From Hemiscyllium ocellatum (taxonomy: Eukaryota): DNA of 64,000 nt. The DNA lies in contig NC_083409.1 of assembly GCF_020745735.1 (NCBI RefSeq), positions 18,620,341 to 18,684,340 on the forward strand, read 5' to 3'. The translations under genes and the position numbers were made by a program. How positions within the stretch are numbered: the first letter of the stretch is position 1; the number at the start of each line of letters is the position of its first letter. The notes under the pieces were generated by a model, which did not search any database, was not told where the DNA came from, and saw only the letters and a program-made list of their open reading frames with translations. Positions 35,166-47,639 of the stretch are shown here, in pieces.

Positions 35166-38100
35166 TATCAATAACACCACCAATTTATGTGGCCTCTGAA
35201 AACTTTCTATTTATACAATCACAGTCAATTTGTTAATGTACATTACAAACAGCAAGGGTCCCAGCCCCAGGCCCTGTCTTACATCACTGGTCACAGGCTT
35301 CCAATCACAAAGACAACCCTCCACCATCACTCTTTGCCTCATATTTGGATCCAATTTGCCAAAATGCCTTGGATCCCATGGGCTCTTAACATAACTCCAG
35401 GAAAGGCAACAGAGGTAGGCAAATAGTGCAGGAGTCTTCTGTGGCTATTCCCATTTCAAACAAGTATGCTGTTTTGGAAAATGCAGGGGGTGATGGAAAC
35501 TCAGGGTACTTAGCATGAGCAGCCAAGTTTCTGGTATTGACACTGGCTCTAATGTAATAAGAGGGAGGTTGGGTTCCAAACAATCGACTGTGTTAGGGGA
35601 CTCCCTAGCGTCCCGGCCTCCACTGCACTCTGCGGCAATGAATTCCATTGGCCCACCGCTCTCTGGCTGAAGAAATGTCTCTGCATTTCTGTTCTGAAAT
35701 TTGATATGTGGGAGGCTTTTAAAGAGAGGTTGACTAGAGTCAGGACAGACATGTCCAGCTGAAAATAAGGGATTGAATTGGCAGGATTAGGAAACGGTGG
35801 ATGACAGATGAAATTGTGAGACTAGCTAAGAGGAAAAAGGATGCATACAGAAGGTCTAATTAGCTGAAAACAGACAAAGCTTTGGAAGAATATCGTGAAA
35901 GTAGGACCAATCTGAAGTGAGGAACTAAAAGGTCTAAAATGGGTCACAAAACATCATTCACAAACAGGATTAAGGAAAATCCCAAATCCTTTTATTCATA
36001 TATAAGGAGCAAGAGGTGACTAGAGAAAGGGTTGGCCCACTCAAGGACAAAGGAGGAAGGTTATGTGTGGAGTCAGAGAAAATGGATGTGATTCTTAATG
36101 AGTGCTTTACGTCGGCATTCACCAAGGAGAGGGAAATGACAGATGTTGAAGTTGGGGATAGATGTTTGATTACTCAGGGTCAAGTCGGTTTAAGGAGGGA
36201 GGAAGTGTTGGGTATTTTAAAAGGCATCAAGGTGGACAAGTCCCCAGGTCGGGACGGGATCGATCCCAGCTGACTGAGGGAAGCAAGAGAGGAAATAGCT
36301 TGGGGCCTTAATCGATATCTTTGTAGCAAGTTTGAACATGGATGAGGTCCCAGAGGACTGGAGAATTGCTCATGTTTAAGAAGGGTAGCCAGGATAATCC
36401 AGGTAACTATCAACCAGTGAGCCTGATGTAGTGGTAGGGAAGCTGCTGGAGAAGATACTGAGGGATAAGATCTATTTACATTTGGACGAAAATTGACTTA
36501 TCAGTTATAGGGAGCATGAAGCTGTGCAGGGAATGTCATGTCTTACCAACTTTATAGAATCTTTTGAAAAAGTGATGAAGTTGATTGATGAGGGAAGGGC
36601 TATGGATGTCATACACATGGATTTCAGGAATGCGTTTGATAAAGTTCCCCATGGCAGCCTGATGAAGCAATTTCAGTCGCATGGGGTCCAGAGTGTACTC
36701 ACTAGATGGATAGAGAACAGGCTGGGCACCAGGAGACAGACAGTAGTAGTGGAAGGAGTTTCTCAAAATGGAGAACAGGAATCCATGCTGGTACCGCTCT
36801 TGTTTTGGAAAGACATAAATGATCTGGAGGAAGGTATAGGTGGTCTGATTAGCAAGTTTGCAGATGACACTGAGATTGGTGGAGTAGCAGATAGTGAAAG
36901 GGACTGTCAGAGAATGTAGCAGAATATGGATAGATTGGAGAGTTGGGCAGAGAAATGGACAGATGGAGTTCAAACCAGGCAAATGCAATCTGATGAATTT
37001 TGGAAGATCCAAATCTGGAGTAAACTGTACGGTGAATGTAACACCCTGGGAAAATTGATGCCCAGAGAGACCTGGGTGTTCAGGTCCATTGTACCCTGGA
37101 GGTGACAACACAGATCGACAGAGTATTCAAGAAGGCATATGGCATACCTTCCTTCACCAGACGTGGTATTCAGTACAAGAGTTGGAAGGTCATATTAGAA
37201 TTATATCAGACTTTGGCTTGGCCACATTTGGAATACTGTGTACAGTTCTGGTTGCCCCATTACCAGAAAGATGTGGATGCTTTGGAGAGGGTGCAGAGGA
37301 GGTTCACCAGGATTGCCTGGTATGGAGGGCACTAGCTATGAAGAGATGCTTAGTAGATTAGGATTATTTTCATTAGAAAGTTGAACGTTGAGGGGGGACC
37401 TGATTGGGGTCTACAAAATCATGAGAGATATAGACAGGGTGGATAGCAAGAAGCTTTTACCCAGAGTGGGGGACTCAATTGCTCTGGGTCATGAGTTCAA
37501 AGTGAGAGTGGAAACATTTCAGGGAGATATGTATGGAAAGTTCTTCACACAGAAAGTGATTGATCCTGGAGCATGTTGCCAGTGGAGGTGGTAGAGGCAG
37601 GCACAATAGCATCATTTAAGATATATCTAGATAGATACATGGATGGGCAGGGAGCAAAGGGAGACAGACCATTGGAAAATTGATGACAGGTTTAGATGGA
37701 GGATATGGACCAGTGCAGGCTAGTAGGGCCGAAGGGCCAGTTCTTGTGCTGTAATTTTCATTGCTCTTTGTTCTTTGAACTGAGGAAGCACAAAGGAACA
37801 GAGTGATCTTGGGTGCTTCTCCACTGATCCCTGAATATGGCAAGACAGGTTAACAGAGCAGTTATGAAGGCATAGGGGACACTTGCCTTTGTCATGTCAG
37901 GTATCGGTTATAAAAGCAGGAGGAGATGTGGCAGTTAAGCAGAACATTGGTGAGGCCACAGCTGGAGTACTGTGTGCAGTTCAGGTCACCACACTGTTGG
38001 AAGGATGTGATTGCACTGGATGGGGTGCAGAGGGGAATCACCAGGATGTTGTGTGGGATGGAACCTCTCAGTGATGAAGAGAAATTGGATCATCTCGGGT

Positions 38101-40759
38101 TGTTTTCTTCAGAGCAGAGAAGGTGGAGGGGGGACCTGATAGAGGTGTATAAGGTTATGAGGGGAATGGACAGGGATGAGAGAAAGCAGCTGTTCTCCTT
38201 CTTGGGAGGGTCAATAACAAGTTGGCTCACATTCAATGTCAAAGATAGGAGATTTCAAGATGTTTTGAGGAAAGTGTTTTTTACCCAGAGGGTGGTGGGG
38301 GTTTGAAATGTACAGCCTGGGAAAGTAGTTGAGGTGGAAAACCTCACAAACTTTAAAAAGTTTGGGTGACCAGTTGAAATATCATAACATTCAAGCTATG
38401 GGCCTCCTGTTGGAAAGTGGGACTGGTACACGTTTAGTGCAGTTTGGCTGGTACACAGTTAATGGGCTGAAGGACCTCTTCTACACTGTGTGATTTTATG
38501 ATTCTGTTGTGTGCAGTTTGGGTTTCCTTATCTGAGGAAGGATGTTCTGGCTGTGGAGAGAGGGCAGCGAAGGTTTACCAGACTGATTACTGGGAGGACA
38601 GCACTTAGATCTGATGAGAAACTGGATCAGTTAGGACTATATTCACTGGGGGTTAGAAGATTGAGAGGAATCACATTGAAACCTGTAAAATCCTAAAAGG
38701 ACAAGACCGGAAAACACAGGAATTATGTTCCTGATGACTGGAGAGTCCAGAACCAGGAATTACAGTTTAAAGAATAGTGAAAGGCCATTTCGGACTGAGA
38801 TGAGGAGACATTTCTTTAGCCAGAGAGTGGGAAGCTAGTGGAATATTCTGTCACAGAAAGCAGTTGAGCCCAAAACATTAAAAGTTTTCAAGAAGGCGAC
38901 AGGTGTAGATCTTAGGACGAAAAGGATTAAAAAGTGGGAACAGGGGACTAAATTGGATGATCAGCCATGGTCATATTGACTGGCAGAGCTGACTCGAAGG
39001 GCTGAATGGCCTCCTCTTGCTCCCAGTTCCTCTGTTTCTATGTTTGAGAGACTGTTCATAAACATGGAAACATATGGAATTATAGAGTCATAGAGTCATC
39101 GAGTCCTACAGCACAGAGACAGGCCCTTTGGTCCAAACAGGACCGTGCTGACCAAAATATCCATCCACACTAACCCCATTTCCCTGCATTTTGCTCATAT
39201 CCTTCAAATTGCATACTGTCGATGTATTTGTCCAAATGCCTTTTAAATGTTGTTAATGTACCCGCCTCAATCACTTTAGCTGGCAGCTCATTCCATACGA
39301 CTACCACCCTCTGTGTAAAAATGTTGCCCCTCAGGTTCTCGTTTATTCTAACCTTCAACTGATGCCCTCTAGTCCTTGATTCCCCAACCCTGGGACAAAG
39401 ACTGAGTGCATTGACCCTATCCATGTCTCTCAAGATCTTATACACTTCTAAAAGATTCCCCTTTCGTCTCCGACACTCTTAAGAATAATGTCCTAGCTTG
39501 CCTAAACTCTCCCAAAAACTCAGATGTTGAAACTTGGCAATATCCTTGTAAATTTATTCTGCACTCTTTCCAGTTTAATAATATCCTTCATATAACAAGG
39601 TGACCAAAACTGAGCACAATACTCCAAGTGCAGCCTCACCAACGTCATGTACAATTGAAACATAACTTCCCAACTTCTACACCCAGTGCCCTGACTGATG
39701 ACGGCCAGTGTGCCAAAAGCCTTCTTCACTGCCCTGTCTAACTGTGACTCAACTTTCAGAGAACTGTGCACCTGAACTCCGAGATCCCACTGTTCCACTC
39801 CAGTCCTTAAGGCCTTACCATTCACCATGAAACTCCTACCTTGATTTAACTTTCCAAAATGCAAGAACTCATACTTATCTACATTAACCTCAATTTATCA
39901 TTTCTTTTCCCACTTCCACAGCTGATCAAGGTCCTGCTACAATATCTGATAACCTTCTTCATTGTCCACAATACCAGCTATTGTAATGTTTTCTAAATCA
40001 TTGATATTGATAACAAACAGTAATGGGCCCAGCATCAATCCTGAGGAACTCCACTAGACACAGGCCTCCAGTCTGACAAGTATCCTTCCACTAAGTCCGT
40101 CTGCTTTCTCCCATTCTCGTCAGTTAGAGAAAAGTATTTATCTTTGGTCAGAAATTAGTTTGGAGGTAGGAGACAGAGAGGAGGGATAATGTGTGTGCTC
40201 TCCAATGAGCAAAATGTGGATAGTGGTATCCCCAGGGAATTGGGCTGGAACCTTAGCATTTCACGATATTTCTAAATGACTTGGATGAAGGAATAGACAG
40301 CCATATATCCAAGATTGTTGATCACACTGAGTGAGGCAGTTTGGAGGAGGTTACAGAGATAGGGAGAGTGAAGGACAGGGAGGGACTTGAGAACAAGGAT
40401 GAGAATTTAAAAATCGAGATGTTGCTGGACCAGGAGCCAATGTAGGTACAGGGTGCAGGGGGTTGGAGGAATGGGATTTGGTGCGAGTTTGGATATGGGC
40501 AGTAGAATTTGGGATGAGCTGAAGGTCATGGAGGGCAGTGGCGGTGATGTGTGCAAGCACAACATTGGCATGGTCATGCTTGGAGTCCCATGGATATGAC
40601 AGAGATTTTCAGTGGCTGATCTTTGTGCGATGGAGGATATGGGGCTCAGATCAGCCCCAAAGATGAGACCAAGTTTGTAAAGAGTCTGGTTGAGCAGCAG
40701 ATAGTGCTCAGAGAGAGGGATGGAGTTGATAACAGGATCTGAAGGGGATGGCTTTGATC

Positions 40760-41005
40760 TTCCCAATGTGTTTCCTAGTGAGCCTGGCTCCTCAGTCCTG
40801 ACTGCTCTTAGCTGCTGTGATTGTCACTGATTGGACACTTATTATTAGAGATTCTGACCACAGCAGAAAGTCCCAGTGTAAAAAATAACTGCAAAGACTG
40901 TCAGAGCACAAGGTTGAAACTTCACCAAAAGAGGAAGTGAAAGAAGGAGCTCAGAGCAGCTGGACGTTTGTTACTGAGACGGGAGAAAACTGTGAACTGT
41001 CTGCG
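40760..41005 (+). promoter_or_regulatory. Candidate upstream B-cell enhancer, cluster 2 copy
   Basis: AAAAGAGGAAGTGAAAGAA with GGAAGTGAAA at 40933-40942; CAGCTG 40957-40962, ACCACA 40857-40862, CTGATTGG 40827-40834. Confidence 0.45.
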
Positions 41006-42139
41006 TTGCCTGGAATCTGACAGCACAGGAGGCTGGTTCTGGGATTTATCTTTTCAGAAACAGCACAGTGATGGAAAAAAGGACAGTCACTCTCTCACAA
41101 ACACATACGCCTGCACTCGGAGATCAGAAACAGAATCCAGCAGCAGCTCTGTCTCCAAGCTGTGAAACCTGCACAGAATTGTTCCCTCATTCAGTTTCTA
41201 ACTGGCAGGATAGACCAAGCAGGGGAGGCAACACAGTGGTGTGTATAGTCGGAAGGGAGTTGCCCTGGAGTCCTCACCATTAACTATGGAATCCATGAAG
41301 CCTCATGACAGCAGGTCAAACATGGGGAAGGAAACCTCCTGCTGATTACCACATAGCACCGCCCTCCGCTCCAAACTCAACTGAGCAGTCAGTCCTCCTC
41401 CATGTTGAACAACACTTGGAGGGAGCACCGAGGGTGGGAAGGATGCAGGATATACTCTGAGTAAGGGACTTCAAGGTCCACCATCAAGAGCTGCTCAGAA
41501 GCATCACTACTGAGCAAACTGGTCAAGTTCCACCTGATTCAGCTGCTAGACTGGACCTGGGGCAGGTGGTGAAGGGAACCAACAAGAGGGAAAAACATAC
41601 TCACTATCACCCTCACCAACCTGCCTGCTGCTGGTGTATCTGTCCATGACAGTATCAGTAAGGGTGACCACCGCACAGTCTGTGTGGAGACAAAATCCCA
41701 TCTTCACATTGAGATTACCTTACATTTTGTTGGGCAAGAGATATGGGATGTCAGGAAGAACCTTTTTTTAGCAGCAATTGGTAATGACTTGGAAATTAGT
41801 GCCCATTCAGGTGAGGCAGGTGAAGACACTCAGTGATTGCAATGGCAGATTGGATGGGCTCTTGATGGAAATAAACCTGCAAGGCCCTGGGGGTCGAGTA
41901 GGGGAGGGGGTGGGACTGACTGGATTGTTCCATGAAATGACAGCATTTACACACTTAGTCTCACCTTTACACAATGACTGGGAGAAACAGACAAACCAGT
42001 TCACAGAAGTGTTTTCTCAAGCAAAACACTCTTGAACCAACTCAGAGAACACACCAGTCTAGATTTACTAGAATAAATCAGCAAATCAATGGCAAGGGAA
42101 CAGCGAACCAAAAGTGATGGAACTGAACAGTATATTCAA

Positions 42140-43900
42140 TATCACAAACAACGAGAGAGGGAGGGATGAAGGGCAGGAAGGCAGAGAGTATACTCTCGGG
42201 GTCTGAAGGCTCTGCTGTCAGTGGTGGGATGGAGGAAGCAGCAATGGGTAGGAGACCAGAGACAGAAGGTGGAAGGGGGAGGGAGGGAATGTGAGTCTAC
42301 AGCAGGACACAGAGTGAGGGAGGAGGGAGGCCATGGAGGCAATTGGCTGGCAGTGAGTTCGGGGTCATTCTTGAATGACGTCAGATGTCAGACAAGGAAG
42401 GCATCCTCCATATCAGACAAGTTGGGGTTTATGGAATGTGGCTTCAGGAAGCTGGGAGAGGACATTGGAATCATAGAGTCAGGAGGTGGGATGAGCAGGA
42501 ATTGGGGTTTCTGTGGTCAAGAGGCTGAGGTAGTGCAGAGACAAACAATGTTGTGCAAATTGAAATCAAAGACCTACATAATGGAGAGGATGTGGGATTA
42601 CAGCTCAGGTACTGGACAGTGCGGTAGGAAGGAGGCCCATGTTTACTGTTTATTGGTCCTATGGGAAGGTGCCCCATGTTTACATCATCATAGAGTCATA
42701 GAGGTTTACAGCGTGGCAACAGGCCCTTCAGCTCTACTCATCCATGCCGACCAAGTTTCCAAAACTGAACTAGTCCCATCCGCATGCATTTGGCCCAATC
42801 CCCTCTAAATCCTTCCTATCCATGTTCCTGTAAAAATGTCCTTGAAATCTAGTAATTGTACTCGCCTCGACCACTTCCTCTGGCAGCTTATTACACATAC
42901 ACACTAACCTCTGTGTGAAAAGGTTGTCTCTCAGGCCCCTTCTAATTCTTTCCCCTCTCAACTTAAACTTATTCCTTCTCGTACTGGACTCTCCTACCCT
43001 GGGGGAAAAAAAACTTTGGCTCTTCACCTTATTTATGGCCCTAATGATTCTATAAACCTGTCTAAGGTCAGCCCTCAATCTCCTGCATTCACTGTAAAAA
43101 TCTCTCGGCCTATCCATCCTCGCCTTATAATTCAAACTCACCAACCTTGGTAACATCCCTGTTAATCTTTCTTTTATCCAAACCAGTGTAATAACTTCCT
43201 TCCTATAGCAGGGTGAGCAGGATTGTGCACAGTGTCCAAATGTGGCCTTCCCAATGCCTTGTACAGCTGTAACATGATGTCCCAGCTCCCGTACTCCCTG
43301 CTTTGATCAGTGAAGGTGAGCGTGCCAAATACCTTGTTCACCATCCTGTCTACCTGTGACACCACTTCCAAGGAAGTATGCACCTGTACCCCTCAGTCTC
43401 TCTGTTCAACAACACTCCCCATGGCTCTACCATTAATTGTGTAATTCCTGCCCTGGTTGGTCTTACTAAAATGCAACTCCTTGCATTTATCGAAATTAAG
43501 CTCCATCTGGATTTGTTGACCCACTGGCCCAGTTGATGAAGATGACATTGCATTCTTAGATAACCTTCTTCCCTGTCCATGATGCCAACAATTTTAATGT
43601 CAGCCACAAACTTACTGACCATTCCTGCTATTTTCTCATCCAAATTGTTCATATAAAATGATGAACAACAGTGGATCAAGGATCGATTCTTGTGGCAGAC
43701 GGCTGGTCACTGGTCTCCAGTCTGAAGAACAACCCTCTCTCACCAGCCTCTGCCTCCTTCCATCAGGCCCATTTTATATCCAATTGGTTAGCTCTACCTG
43801 GATCCTCTGTGACTAAGCAGTCTACAATGGGGAACCTTGTCTAAGGCCTTGCTAAAGTCCATGTCGACGATATGTACTGATCTATCTTAAGCTATCTATT
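42140..43900 (-). mobile_element. L2 fragment (42140-42600) and CR1 ORF2 3' part (42684-43900)
   Basis: L2-like remnant; CR1 LGRPHLD...LPRLVSLNYKARM...FTQRLV motifs and tail. Confidence 0.7.
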
Positions 43901-43951
43901 TCTTCAAAATCTCAACTATCCACTTGTCTCCATTAGAAGGACAAGTGAATA

Positions 43952-44205
43952 GGAGGCCCACATTTACTGGTCTTCTTGGAGTATCCAGTCAGAAGGAGGT
44001 CCATGTTTACTGGTCTCCTTTGGAGAGTCCATTAGGAAGGAGGCCAACATTTATTGGTCTTTATTGGAGGCTCAAGCAGGAACAATGCCCATGTTTACTG
44101 GTCTCTATTGGGAGCTTCAGTGGGAAGGAGGCCCATGTCTCTCCATGGGGCACTCTCGTGAACTGACGTCCATGTTTACTGGACTCTGTTGGAGAGTCCA
44201 GTGCA
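43952..44205 (+). repeat. 43-44 bp minisatellite, ~6 degenerate units, with 1-2 more at 42628-42683
   Basis: Unit GGAGGCCCATGTTTACTGGTCTC..TTGGAG....CAGT.GGAA starting at 43952, 43995, 44039, 44083, 44127 and ~44164. Confidence 0.85.
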
Positions 44206-45993
44206 TCGTGGACATCATGGTGGGTGTGGGGTTCAGTTCCTTTCTGTTGTAAATGTGTGATGGTCCAAGCGTCATCCCATTAAAACACCCTGACTCAGAG
44301 ACTGATCGCGGAAGGGGAAGGAGAGGGGAAAGGATTGGAACATGTTGTGAATGGACAGGATGGGTCAGTGGGTCAGAGTCTCTCCTGTCCCTCCAGCTCA
44401 CACTGATGGCCTGAGGATCTCCTCTCTCTGCTGGGCCTTCATGGAATGAGGTTTGTGTCCAAACCAGTCCCCAGTGAGAATAGGCCAACAGCACAGAACT
44501 GCCCTTCATTTAACAAGAATCTGTCCATCTTCCTGAGAGATACCAAAACCTGGTCAATGTGGAAATGGACCTTTACTCCAGGAGAAGACATGTTTCTTGG
44601 GTAAAGGGTTAACATTCATTTGTGGGGCGGAGCAGAGAGAGATTTATCCTGAATTCAACTGTCACCACCTGGGACACTGTGAGAAAGAGAGAGAAGCGAC
44701 ACAGAGAGAGAGAAATAGAGGTCAAGTGGGCTGCGGAGAAGGAGGGAGAGACAGAGGGAGAAATAGAGAGGGGTAGATAACATTTGGAGGCTTTCAATTG
44801 AAGTGAGAGATGGAGCGAGTGACAGAGACAGTGAGAGATGGAGAAAGATTATGAGACGGAGTGAGGAAGCGTGAGTGAGTTGGAGAGAGTGGCTATGAGA
44901 CAGAGTGAGAGAGAGAGAATATGAGAGAGATTAACAGTGGGAGAGAGAGATAGATGTAGAGAGATCAAAGTAGCAGATGTGAGACAGAAAGGGGAAAAGA
45001 GAGAGAGAGAGAGAGAGAAAGGTCCTGGTCATCACATTCTGGGAAGGATGTGATTGTACTTGAGAGGGGGCAGAGGAGATTTCCCAGGATGCTGTCTGGG
45101 ATGGAGGGTCAGCTATGAGGAAAGATTGGAAAGGTTGGGGCTGTTTTCCTTGGAGCATTGAAAGTTGAGAGGGACCTGATAGAGAGGTATAAGATAATTG
45201 TTGGCAGTGATATGTTGCATAGGAAGGCACTTTATACAAGAGTAAAGGACTCAATAACCAGGGACAGAGATTGAAGGTAGCACAGACATGGACACATTGA
45301 AATTTGGAACAGGAGCAGGCTATTCGGCCCTTTGAGTCTTGTGTGTCATTCAGTATGATCATGGCTGATCCTCTCTCTCAATGCTGTGTTGCTGCTTTCC
45401 CCCCCATTTCTTTCATGCTGTTAAAACACAAAACAACTCTTTTTTTTTCTTGAATATATTCAGTTCCTTGTCCTCCACAGCCGTTTGTGGTAGAGAATTC
45501 ATCAGGTTGACCATCCTCTGAGTGAAGAAATGTTTCCTCATCTTAGTCCTAAATGGTCTACCCCGTATCTCCCTGAGCCTGTGTCCCCTGGTTCCAGACT
45601 CCCCAACCAGGGGAACCCTCCTCCCTGCCCAGCCCTGTTGCAATTTTATACGTTTCAATCAGATCCCGTCTCATCCTTCTAAACTCGAGTGAATCCAGGC
45701 CCAGTTGAGTTGCAGAGTGAGAGGAGAATTGAGGAGAAATGTTTTCACCCAGAGGGAGGTGGGAGTCTGGAACTCACTGCCTGAAAGGCTGGTTGAGTCA
45801 CAAACTCTCATGACATTGGAGCAGTGTTTAGATATTCCCTTGTGTTGCTGTAGCCTCCAGGGTAATGGACCAAGAGCTGGAGGATGGGATTAGTGACATC
45901 AGATCTTTGTTTATCAGTACAGATACAATGGGCCAAATGGCCTCATTCAGTGTTGTTCACATCAATCACTCTCTGAGACAAAGAGAGAGTGAG

Positions 45994-46091
45994 AAGAGGA
46001 AGTGTGAGGGGCTGACGTGGCTCTCTCTGCCTGATCCATTTACACACTGAGGAACACCCAGTCAGACTCTCACAGGCTGCAGCTTTATAAA
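45994..46091 (+). promoter_or_regulatory. V2 promoter: PU-box, TGACGTGG, octamer variant ATTTACAC, TATA
   Basis: AAGAGGAAGTG 45994-46004, TGACGTGG 46013-46020, ATTTACAC 46038-46045, TTTATAAA 46084-46091. Confidence 0.7.
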
Positions 46092-46151
46092 GCAGAGCCC
46101 AGTGAAGGGAGAGTTTATCAGGAACCAGGCACAGGGACAGGAGCACACACC

Positions 46152-46200
46152 ATGATTTCACACATCCAGCTGATCTGGCCCCTGGCATTCTGTGTCGCAG
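46152..46200 (+). CDS. IGKV: Leader exon of V2
   Basis: MISHIQLIWPLAFCVA-G, donor G/GTACAA, 186 nt intron; one synonymous difference from cluster 1. Confidence 0.93.
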
Positions 46201-46386
46201 GTACAAATCTCTCTCCTTCCACCTTGAATCTTTAGCTGCTCTCCATTTCACTCCAATTCCACTGACTTGTGATTGAAGGGAAAATGCTGAAACCAGAGGA
46301 ATGCTCAGTGTCTCCAACAATCTCTCATTTGACCGACTCTTTCTGTGACAGTTCTGACTTCACTGTGTTTCTCTCTGACCCCTCAG

Positions 46387-46685
46387 GTATCAGTGGGGAC
46401 ATCATCATGACTCAGTCTCCCCCGGTGCTGTCAGTGGGACGGGGCCAGACCGCAACCATCACCTGTATAGCCAGTCAATATGTTAGCAATGAGCTTTCCT
46501 GGTACCAGCAGCGAGAAGGTCAGAAACCCTCTCTCCTGATCTATGATGCAACAACTCGATTCACAGGAGTCTCCGATCGATTCACCGGCAGTGGATCAGG
46601 GACCAGTTTCACCCTGACAATCAGCAACGTTCAGAATGAGGATGTCGCTGACTATTACTGTATGCAGGATTACAGCTCCCCTCGA
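46387..46685 (+). CDS. IGKV: Ig kappa V exon, cluster 2 (unrearranged)
   Basis: [96 protein letters not shown]. Confidence 0.97.
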
Positions 46686-46713
46686 CACAGTGACACAGAG
46701 CCATACAAAAACC
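46686..46713 (+). other. 12-RSS of V2
   Basis: CACAGTG-ACACAGAGCCAT-ACAAAAACC. Confidence 0.97.
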
Positions 46714-47122
46714 TCAAAGCACACAGAATCACCTCCTGTACTGACACATCCACGGTTATATAAAATGCAAAATAATGGACACACAGTCCCACCGCCTGAA
46801 CTGCCATATCCCACAGTTAGATCTAAATGAAACTGAACAAATTACCCCATGCTGGGATTGTCACTGTCCATGACACACTCCAGTCCCTGTGGTGTCTCAA
46901 CGCTCACTGAAGGCCTCAGGTTTCCCTCTTCCACTCCATGGCCACATGTGAAGAGCAGCTGCAAGATTTAACAACAAAAAATAAAGTTCACAACCCAGAG
47001 GCAGAGACAGAAAGACACATGAATGAGGGGGAGACTGATAGGGGCAAAAAGAGGGTGAGAGTGATCAACAGACTGGGAAATAGGGAGAGGGTGAGAGTGA
47101 TAAGAGGGATACAGAGAGCTGA

Positions 47123-47161
47123 GGTTTTTGTACAGCCTCTGCACTGGGAGCTCTCACTGTG
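47123..47161 (+). other. 23-RSS of J2
   Basis: GGTTTTTGT, 23 nt spacer, CACTGTG; identical to the J1 RSS. Confidence 0.97.
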
Positions 47162-47196
47162 GTACACGTTCGGTAAAGGAACCAAGCTCAGACTGA
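47162..47196 (+). CDS. IGKJ: Ig kappa J segment, cluster 2 (YTFGKGTKLRL)
   Basis: FGXG motif, donor A/GTAAGT. Confidence 0.97.
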
Positions 47197-47401
47197 GTAA
47201 GTAAACCTCAATCCTCTGTTATTAACCCTGTCAATACTGAAACTTTGTAAATCACAAATGCTGAATTGCTGCAGGTGTTAGTGGGGAGCTGCAGTGAATG
47301 AAATGGTTGATTGAGGAGCACTGTGTCTAACAGGGTGTCCAGCTGTATTTCTGTCGTCCTATTGCCCCCTTTAAGCAGCAAGATATAAGTCAGTCAGTTT
47401 T

Positions 47402-47616
47402 ACTCACCGTGTGGAGGAGCTCTGTCCATTTGCAGCCTGTGGTCCCATTCCTGCAGCATGGAGTGAAATCAGTGAGTAGCCTCCTGCCAGTCTCAGTGTG
47501 ATGGACTCTGGCAGAGTTTGATGTGAGCTCTGGCTCCCTGTCCCAGTCTCTGATCTCACTGACCTCAGCAGCAGCAGCAGCAGCAGCAGCAGCACAGTGA
47601 GACACCGAGCTCCCAT
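47402..47616 (-). other. Conserved intronic island, cluster 2 copy, with ATG in good Kozak context
   Basis: GACATGG, MGARCLTVLLLLLLLLLRSVRS..., (CTG)9, donor CG/GTGAGT after 47408. Confidence 0.45.
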
Positions 47617-47639
47617 GTCCCCCAGCTTTAACTCTGCTC

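Larger units (their letters stand above)
31900..40110. mobile_element. Nested stack of CR1 LINE ORF2 and 3' fragments in both orientations (spacer between arms)
   Basis: Repeated LEYCVQFW, DFRNAFDKVPH, ISKFADDT, FFTQRV motifs with (CATAAGAA)n and (CATAGAGT)n tails. Confidence 0.85.

Noticed and set aside
43952-44205. CRISPR-like array
   Set aside because: Vertebrate DNA, degenerate head-to-tail units without unique spacers, and no cas genes.
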